64,000 nucleotides of DNA from Candidatus Limnocylindrales bacterium (GTDB taxonomy: Bacteria; Moduliflexota; Moduliflexia; Moduliflexales; JAUQPW01), in the NCBI GenBank assembly GCA_035559535.1, contig DATMBG010000044.1, forward strand, positions 124,001 to 188,000, given 5' to 3'. The translations under genes and the position numbers were made by a program. Below the pieces are notes generated by a model. The model did not search any database. It saw only the letters and a list, made by a program, of their open reading frames with translations, and had not been told where the DNA came from. Position 1 is the first letter of the stretch, and each line of letters starts with the position of its first letter. Shown here in pieces: positions 57,867-64,000 of this stretch.

Positions 57867-59507
57867 ATGAAAAATTTTACCTGGTTAGTACTTGCTGGGA
57901 TTGTAGGGATTTTTGCTATCATGATACCAACCGATTTACAAGGAGCCAGTAAGTCTGGGGATTGGACCAGGCGTACCGCTGTAAAACCGGATCCATCAAA
58001 GATTGTAATAGCTCCCGGCTACAAAGTAGAAGTTTTTGTGGCCGGATTGGATACTCCTTCCTCTGCAACCGTTGATAAAGACGGCAATGTTTGGGTAGCG
58101 ATTTCAGGGCCTTTGTTTGGAGGTCCAGACCCGACCGAGCCACCCCATGTAAAGGTTTTCGATAAAAACGGTAAACTTCTGAAAGAAATTGGCAAGGGGG
58201 TCTTCAAGACGGTAATGAATGAAATCGGATACTGCCCGGATAATAGTATTACCTATATTCCCGAATATGGCGAGAAGATTTGGGAGATCGAAGGAGTTAA
58301 TGGAGAGTTACGTCTGATTATCAAAGATCTCTTTATAGGGGATCACCGTAATGGTGGGATCACCTGTAAGGATGGATGGTTATACTTTGCTCTGGGTTTT
58401 CCCAGCAATACCGGCTTTGCGGATCCAGATAATCATGGATGGACCGATATTCCCAACGATCCCTTCTGGGTCAAACACCCGGATGGGTTAGGCACCACCC
58501 CCCATGACCCCGTCTGTCGGGATATTGTCCATACAGGGTTAAACATTAAATCCTCCGATGGCCGGATGACGGGTGCCTTGATGCCGGTAGGTGTGCCGGC
58601 TAAACCTGGGCAGATCGTCAAAGCGCAGGTTCCCTGTGGTGGATCTATTATGCGGGTGAAAATTAGCGATAAGGGTCCGGATGGGATTTATCCCCATGAA
58701 AAGATGGAAGTCTATGCCTTTGGCTTCCGGAATCAATCGGGAGTTGCCTTTGGGCCCAAGGGGACGCGATTCGAAAATGCTCTGGCAGTCACCGATAACG
58801 GTGCCAATGACCTGGGTCACCGTCGGATTGCCAATGGTGCTGAAAAACTATTTATCGTAACGGAAAAGGGTCAGGATGCCGGCTTCCCCGACAAGGAAGG
58901 CTTTGGCTTTGTAACCAACAAGCGCTTTGGTTGGGAAATGTATGAAGGTAATCCGGTCAAAAATCCTTATCCTAACCTCTATATCGGGGACAAACCCTTC
59001 GTCCCTACGGTTTGGCCCTATCGCTTCCAGGTCCATGTGAGTGGTACTCGAGGAGTCCCTCTCATCGCTGCGAATCCTAATCCGAACGGTTATATCAACC
59101 CTGTTTTAGAATGGGATACCAATAACCCTATTGACGGTATTGCCTGGAGCTTCAGTGATCAGTTTGGATTCAAAGGAGACTTATTCGGGGCCGTGTACGG
59201 TATCCTGGATACGGGACCTGAGAGCCTGGTACCAACCTGGCCGGCCGTCCTCCGTATCCACTTCCTGGAACCTACCGGGGTGAAGTGGGAGTATTTCATG
59301 CGGAATATCGATATGGGACCTAACGCCTATCAGAAGCCTGAAAATGTTGGAGGGTTGGAACGCCCCAATGATGTCGTCTTTAGTCCCGACGGAAATATCA
59401 TGTATGTGGTAGATTATGGGGAAGTAGCTGTGGATTTCTATGAACCAAGACCCTTTTACACCACCCCGAAGTCCGGAGTAATCTGGAAAGTAACAAAAGC
59501 CCAATAA
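57867..59507 (+). CDS. Exported beta-propeller protein of the glucose/sorbosone (PQQ-type) dehydrogenase-like family
   Basis: Signal peptide; PGYKVEVFVAGLDTP, YAFGFRN, LERPNDVVFSPDG.MYVVDYG and GVIWKV. Confidence 0.72.
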   Translation: MKNFTWLVLAGIVGIFAIMIPTDLQGASKSGDWTRRTAVKPDPSKIVIAPGYKVEVFVAGLDTPSSATVDKDGNVWVAISGPLFGGPDPTEPPHVKVFDKNGKLLKEIGKGVFKTVMNEIGYCPDNSITYIPEYGEKIWEIEGVNGELRLIIKDLFIGDHRNGGITCKDGWLYFALGFPSNTGFADPDNHGWTDIPNDPFWVKHPDGLGTTPHDPVCRDIVHTGLNIKSSDGRMTGALMPVGVPAKPGQIVKAQVPCGGSIMRVKISDKGPDGIYPHEKMEVYAFGFRNQSGVAFGPKGTRFENALAVTDNGANDLGHRRIANGAEKLFIVTEKGQDAGFPDKEGFGFVTNKRFGWEMYEGNPVKNPYPNLYIGDKPFVPTVWPYRFQVHVSGTRGVPLIAANPNPNGYINPVLEWDTNNPIDGIAWSFSDQFGFKGDLFGAVYGILDTGPESLVPTWPAVLRIHFLEPTGVKWEYFMRNIDMGPNAYQKPENVGGLERPNDVVFSPDGNIMYVVDYGEVAVDFYEPRPFYTTPKSGVIWKVTKAQ

Positions 59508-59602
59508 ATCTTAGCAGGGGTGACCCTCCCTGGTATCAAATTAAGGATTAGACCTGGCTCTAGAAGTGGAAATAAGGTTTCTCCCTTGCTCAGCTTAATA
59601 TT

Positions 59603-59630
59603 TAGGGGGTGATCTCAGAGTCACCCCCTA
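59603..59630. terminator. Hairpin between convergent genes
   Basis: tagggggtga/tcacccccta inverted repeat. Confidence 0.5.
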
Positions 59631-59765
59631 CGGTCTCAAGAAAATCCTCTCCATACCTGGGTGCTTCTTCGGTTTTCTTTTTATCCCTACGAAACCCAGG
59701 TTATCCCGACCCTATTCCTCTGAGAAGTTAACAGGAATAATTAATTATAATCTTATCCCGATTTG

Positions 59766-60695
59766 CTATTTCAAAGTTAGCAAATAGGCGACAATGTCAT
59801 AAAGTTCTTGATCGGTTAGATTAATCGTGGGCATAAGGGATACATTTCGAGGAACCTTATTTTGAAGGTCATTCTTTGAAAAAATCAAAGATTCGTCCTG
59901 GGCAGTCCGAATTTGGATGGAGTAATCGTCCTCATGCTTGATAATCCCAATAAATCGCTTTCCCTCCTTGGTCACAATTTGTACGGGTGTAAATTCTGGA
60001 GCGATATAGGCGCTGGGATTTTGGATAGATTCTAGAAGATACTCTGGAGATCTATCTCCAATATGGCTCAAATCGGGTCCAACTTTTCCACCTTGCCCGT
60101 TTACGGTATGACAGTTAATACAGCCTGCCTTACCGTTTGGATCCTTAAATAAGGCTTCTCCGGCTTTGGGATCCGGTGTAATTCCGGCAGGAGGTTTCCA
60201 TTCTGAGGTGGTTACTTTTTGAACTTCTTTGGAGGGATAACGCTGAGCCCAATCTCCATAGGTTGCCTGACTTCGAAGGTAGGCAATGATCTTCCAGATT
60301 TTATCTTCATTCAGTTTCTCAGCCGTCAGAAAAGCCCCCATCTGAGTTCCGGGTCGTCCATGGGCGATGGTCTCAAACACTGCTTCATCCGTCCCTCCCC
60401 ATTTCCAAAACTCATCGGTTAAGTTAGGGCCTTTAGCCCCCCTGGCGCCTGTTCCATGACAAAAAGCGCAGTAGCTTTTGTAGAGGGCAGCTCCCTCCTC
60501 TACTGCCTGGGCATTCCCCTCGTAGGGATTTTTTACCCCAGAGCTCTGGACGGCCAAAGCAAGATTTTCGTTTAAAAATAGAAAACTAAATCCAAATATC
60601 CCCAGGAAAAGAAAAAAAATTAAAGCAGACTGACTGACCAAAGGCTTGAGAAGTTTTTTCACAACTATTCCTGTCCGTGTTCCTGAAACACTCAT
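59766..60695 (-). CDS. Di-haem c-type cytochrome (cytochrome cL/XoxG-like domain plus putative haem-binding domain)
   Basis: CAFCH and CINCH; NPYEGN, GPNLTD, GPDLSHIG and SLMP. ATG at 60695 has an AGGAG RBS. Confidence 0.85.
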   Translation of the reverse strand: MSVSGTRTGIVVKKLLKPLVSQSALIFFLFLGIFGFSFLFLNENLALAVQSSGVKNPYEGNAQAVEEGAALYKSYCAFCHGTGARGAKGPNLTDEFWKWGGTDEAVFETIAHGRPGTQMGAFLTAEKLNEDKIWKIIAYLRSQATYGDWAQRYPSKEVQKVTTSEWKPPAGITPDPKAGEALFKDPNGKAGCINCHTVNGQGGKVGPDLSHIGDRSPEYLLESIQNPSAYIAPEFTPVQIVTKEGKRFIGIIKHEDDYSIQIRTAQDESLIFSKNDLQNKVPRNVSLMPTINLTDQELYDIVAYLLTLK

Positions 60696-60727
60696 AGCTT
60701 TGACTCCTTTCTTTTGAAGACCCACCG

Positions 60728-61585
60728 CTATTCCTCTGGAAAAGGAAGATAAAAAGGTACTCCGTATTTGGAGAGAATCTCTTTAATCTGTCCACCCTTT
60801 AAGAGCTCTTCTAATATGGAATCCAGAGCCTCTTTTAAATCTTTATCTTCTTTCCTTATGGCAACGGCAATGTTCCATCGTAAAGTAGCTTCAGGTGTGT
60901 AGTTCTCAACCAATTTAGCATTACTTTCCGGGTGTTCCTTTAACGAAGACCCTGCCATGGGGGCCCAAACCAGGGCCACCTCTAATTCTCCTTTTTTCAT
61001 AGCTTCCAGGATTTCAGGGACAAAGCGATATAAACTTCGCTCATATCCGTTCTTAAACAAATACCAATCGGCCGGGGTCGTCATCTCAACCCCTATCTTT
61101 TTCCCCTTGGCACTACTGAGATCCTTAATGGCATTATCATCCCGGCGGGTTAGAAGTATAAAACCGGTTCCGAAATAAGGTCTAGTAAGTATAAGCCCCT
61201 TTTCCTCCATTTCTTCCTCGGCTTCTTTACCGGTCGGTAAGCCCATAAAGGCCTCGCATTTTTTCTCTAAAATGGAGTTACGCAATGCACGCCCTAATCC
61301 ACCCCGTGTACCGGTATCAATCCAGAAAAATTGAGCCTGTACCCCAAGCTTTTGGGCAATTACGTTCGCTATTTCCACATCAAACCCTGGATTTCCCGGA
61401 TTATTAGCCGAAAAAGGAAAGTTGTAGGGATCTGCACAGAATGTAATCACCCCCATGGTTTTTATTCGTTCCAAGGCACTCCTTTTTTCTTCGGCTCCTT
61501 CAGAAATGGAGCAGAGTATAAGTAAGGATACAAAAAATGTTATCAATGGCTTTAGCATCGTATAGTCCTTCAGATAATTCTTCAC
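60728..61585 (-). CDS. Quinoprotein-dehydrogenase-associated substrate-binding protein (XoxJ/MxaJ-like)
   Basis: FCADPYNFPFS, GFDVEIA, LTRPYF, VWAPMAG and ILSKYGVP; directly downstream of the dehydrogenase. Confidence 0.85.
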   Translation of the reverse strand: MKNYLKDYTMLKPLITFFVSLLILCSISEGAEEKRSALERIKTMGVITFCADPYNFPFSANNPGNPGFDVEIANVIAQKLGVQAQFFWIDTGTRGGLGRALRNSILEKKCEAFMGLPTGKEAEEEMEEKGLILTRPYFGTGFILLTRRDDNAIKDLSSAKGKKIGVEMTTPADWYLFKNGYERSLYRFVPEILEAMKKGELEVALVWAPMAGSSLKEHPESNAKLVENYTPEATLRWNIAVAIRKEDKDLKEALDSILEELLKGGQIKEILSKYGVPFYLPFPEE

Positions 61586-61602
61586 GTTACTTATCTCCTT
61601 TT

Positions 61603-61639
61603 AAAAGGAAGAAGGGCAGAGAAACTCTGCCCTTCTTCC
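61603..61639 (-). terminator. Terminator/stabilising hairpin after the PQQ dehydrogenase
   Basis: ggaagaagggcagag/ctctgcccttcttcc stem followed by TTTT on the minus strand. Confidence 0.7.
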
Positions 61640-61689
61640 CATAAAGATATACTCCTGGAGCGACCCGATCCTTGCCTGTGGGTGATCTT

Positions 61690-63411
61690 TTACTCAGGAA
61701 GACCGAATACAAATACCGCACCACCTTTGGATTGGGTCTTCATCCATTCTTTATAATGTAACGGCCATAATCCACCACCCCCAGGACCTACCACGATAGC
61801 TACCAGCTGTTTACCATTCGCCGTAAAGGTAGTGGGGTTACCATGAATACCGGTCCCTACGTTGAAGCTCCAGAGCATTTCACCTGTGGTATCATCTAAG
61901 GCCATAAACATACCCTGAGGGTTCCCGTAGAAGACCAGCCCTCCGGCTGTAGCGAGAACACCACTTGTGGAAGGTGTAGAATCGGCCCGCATCCATTTAA
62001 GCTGACCCGTAGCTGCATCGAAGGCCTTTAAAGCACCGTTTCCAGGATTCAAACGGATCACCTTTGCTCCCAGATACCATTCCCCGCGTTTCCAATCCAT
62101 TTTCAGAGCCTGGAGATCCATGGAAAAATTATAGGTAGGCACATAGGCCATCTGGGTTTTGGGGCTGTAGGCTATCGGATGCCATTCTTTCCCTCCATCC
62201 AGGGTCGGAGCGATATCCTTCGTAACTTTATCATAAACGACATCTTTCTCGGGCCAGTTCATCTCAGGTTTACAATTCTCACCAAATTTCTTGACCCAGT
62301 TCACACGTCCCAGAGGAACTACATAATTACACTTTGCAGTCGTCCGATCCACAGAGTAAAAATGGCCGTTTCGATCTCCATGAAGCCAGACTTTCTTTCC
62401 ACCTACATCGGCTAAAACCACCTCATTAACCCCATCATAATCATAGGGATCGTTGGGAGTATACTGGAAATACATTTTTATTTTACCTGTATCCGGATCT
62501 AAAACCAGGGTTGAATTGGTATAAAGGTTATCTCCAGGTCGGACATGCCGGTCAAAATCAGGACCCGGGTTACCCACCGGCCAGTAAAGGTTATTGAGCT
62601 CAGGATCATAGGAACCCGTAATCCAGGCAGAACCACCTCCGTATTTCCAGGACTCTCCACCCCAGGTCTCAGAACCCGGCTCACCGGCTGCAGGAATTGT
62701 GTAAGTTTTCCAGACCTGTTCTCCGGTCTCTGCATCCACAGCAGCAATCCAGCCCCGCACGCCATATTCTGCTCCAGAGGTTCCAATGATGATCTTACCT
62801 CGAAGGGCCATGGGCATAAGGGTCAAACTCTCCGAGTATTTATAATCCCCCATGGGTTTATCCCATACCACCTTTCCTGTAGCATTATCCAGGGCTACAA
62901 GATGGGCATCCAGCGTAGCCAGGTAAACCTTATCATGATAGAGGGCTACTCCACGGTTTACCACATCGCAGCAGAGATGGGGATAAAGATCTGCGGGCAG
63001 TTCACGTTCATATTTCCAGAAAACTTTTCCGGTTTCACAATCTGCTGCAAAAACCTTATTAAAAGAAGAAGTTACGTAACATCTTCCGTTATAAGCAACA
63101 ACTTGGCTGTCCTGACCCTCCAAAGCTCCAAAGGAAAGAGACCATTTGGGGACCAGTTTTTTCACATTGCTTTTATTGATCTGACTTAGAGGACTATACC
63201 GTGTGCTGGCATAATCTCGTCCGTACAGCAGCCAGTTATTGGGGTCTTTATCGGCATTGAGAAGCATATCATCGGTTACATATTCAGGACGTTGAACGGC
63301 TTCTATAACCTCCATACCCGGTATCTGAGCACGTACTGAAGCAGGTAACAACAGGACCAAAGATACAAACAGGACTACCACTGCTGTAGCAGAAAAAATA
63401 ACTTTTTTCAT
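61690..63411 (-). CDS. PQQ-dependent alcohol/methanol dehydrogenase with lanthanide-type D-Y-D motif
   Basis: Signal peptide; RYSPLSQIN, vicinal CCDVVNRG, GAEYGVRG, GNPGP, RPGDNLY, DPYDYDGVNE and GGAVFVFGLP. Confidence 0.92.
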   Translation of the reverse strand: MKKVIFSATAVVVLFVSLVLLLPASVRAQIPGMEVIEAVQRPEYVTDDMLLNADKDPNNWLLYGRDYASTRYSPLSQINKSNVKKLVPKWSLSFGALEGQDSQVVAYNGRCYVTSSFNKVFAADCETGKVFWKYERELPADLYPHLCCDVVNRGVALYHDKVYLATLDAHLVALDNATGKVVWDKPMGDYKYSESLTLMPMALRGKIIIGTSGAEYGVRGWIAAVDAETGEQVWKTYTIPAAGEPGSETWGGESWKYGGGSAWITGSYDPELNNLYWPVGNPGPDFDRHVRPGDNLYTNSTLVLDPDTGKIKMYFQYTPNDPYDYDGVNEVVLADVGGKKVWLHGDRNGHFYSVDRTTAKCNYVVPLGRVNWVKKFGENCKPEMNWPEKDVVYDKVTKDIAPTLDGGKEWHPIAYSPKTQMAYVPTYNFSMDLQALKMDWKRGEWYLGAKVIRLNPGNGALKAFDAATGQLKWMRADSTPSTSGVLATAGGLVFYGNPQGMFMALDDTTGEMLWSFNVGTGIHGNPTTFTANGKQLVAIVVGPGGGGLWPLHYKEWMKTQSKGGAVFVFGLPE

Positions 63412-63691
63412 GACTTTATTCCCTCCCTGGTTAAAAAATCTTACCTTACAAGGAGAATTTTTTTACCGGCCTGTTAAAAATTCCCCTGTAAATTTCAGGT
63501 TTTCATTATTTATTTAACAATCCAACTATCCGACTTTAAATCACCTCCTTCCCATGGTGAAGACGCGGCTTAGGAAAATTATAACCACCTCAGATCAACC
63601 TATTTGGGTTATCATGGGTTGAACGATTAAAATCTGAATAAATTTCTTTAAAGAAACCTCGAAATCTCCTTTACTACCAGGAATACCAAGG

Positions 63692-63719
63692 ATTCTATCT
63701 ATTTAGCGAAATTTGTCAA
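63692..63719 (-). promoter_or_regulatory. Putative sigma-70 promoter for the dehydrogenase operon
   Basis: Minus strand TTGACA-N16-TAGAAT. Confidence 0.5.
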
Positions 63720-63902
63720 CACAAAAAATTCCAAAATATCCCTGTCCATTAAATCGGTACTAGATTAACTCTTTTGGTGCAGTCTAAGTTTGATTGTTCT
63801 TCATAGAGCTTTCTAAGGTACCGACCAGATTAATACTGATACGCCTCCAGCATTGAAACCTATTTTCTTTGTAGTTTCTATAGTTCTAGAAAAGAAGGTG
63901 GG

Positions 63903-63930
63903 AACCAGCTGCCTTCTAGGGCAGCTGGTT
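63903..63930 (-). terminator. Hairpin after the edge gene
   Basis: aaccagctgcc/ggcagctggtt inverted repeat just downstream of the stop at 63957. Confidence 0.55.
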
Positions 63931-63956
63931 TGGAGAGAAGAAAGCTTTCAGGATAC

Positions 63957-64000
63957 TTATTCACTGAGTGCGAAGACCCAGATCACTCCACCTTGCAGGA
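63957..64000 (-). CDS. C-terminus of a second PQQ-dependent dehydrogenase (partial)
   Basis: Minus strand reads LQGGVIWVFALSE*, the typical quinoprotein ADH ending and similar to KGGAVFVFGLPE of the neighbour. Confidence 0.65.
   Translation of the reverse strand, partial: LQGGVIWVFALSE

Noticed and set aside
62545..63189. 214-aa plus-strand ORF
   Set aside because: Antisense shadow of the PQQ dehydrogenase.
63720..63950. Possible pqqA precursor peptide near the dehydrogenases
   Set aside because: No short ORF with the E-x-x-x-Y core in a PqqA-like context was found by eye.
1..64000. tRNA, rRNA, riboswitches, transposases or integrases
   Set aside because: None recognised by eye. An Infernal/Rfam and tRNAscan-SE run is needed to exclude them.

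Overview
Bacterial chromosomal window from a moderately AT-rich organism. A LapA-LapB fusion, an RND pump and a split F0 operon point to a diderm lineage; the taxon cannot be named from sequence alone. The left third holds housekeeping and metabolic genes: pnp (partial), rpsO, truB, moaA, a fumarase alpha subunit, Mrp/ApbC, an allantoinase-like hydrolase, an M20 peptidase and lipocalin-like proteins. It also holds a peroxiredoxin whose catalytic Cys codon is an in-frame TGA followed by a SECIS-like hairpin (probable selenoprotein, missed by the ORF track). The middle holds a 1538-aa GT-C + DUF2298 fusion, atpZ-atpI-atpB-atpE, rluB/scpB, a PPIase, and a lactonase-lipoprotein-RND-LolA-like-FmdE-like run. 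The right 25 kb is a C1/alcohol-oxidation region: fae, mtdB-like, mptA-like, methanofuran/methylofuran-type biosynthesis homologues (MfnD/F/E-like, HisA-like, a second ATP-grasp, an MfnC-like aminotransferase), a PedB/PedC-like ABC pair, and a periplasmic quinoprotein cluster. That cluster has a PQQ dehydrogenase with the lanthanide-type D-Y-D motif, an XoxJ-like binding protein, a di-haem cytochrome and the tail of a second PQQ dehydrogenase at the window edge. Hidden signals include a small frameshifted ORF coupled to fae that ends in an amphipathic helix, a 38-bp perfect direct repeat with a 33-bp spacer, several MITE-like and REP families, 7/8-nt tandem repeats and decayed pseudogenes. No rRNA, tRNA, transposase or cas gene was recognised.
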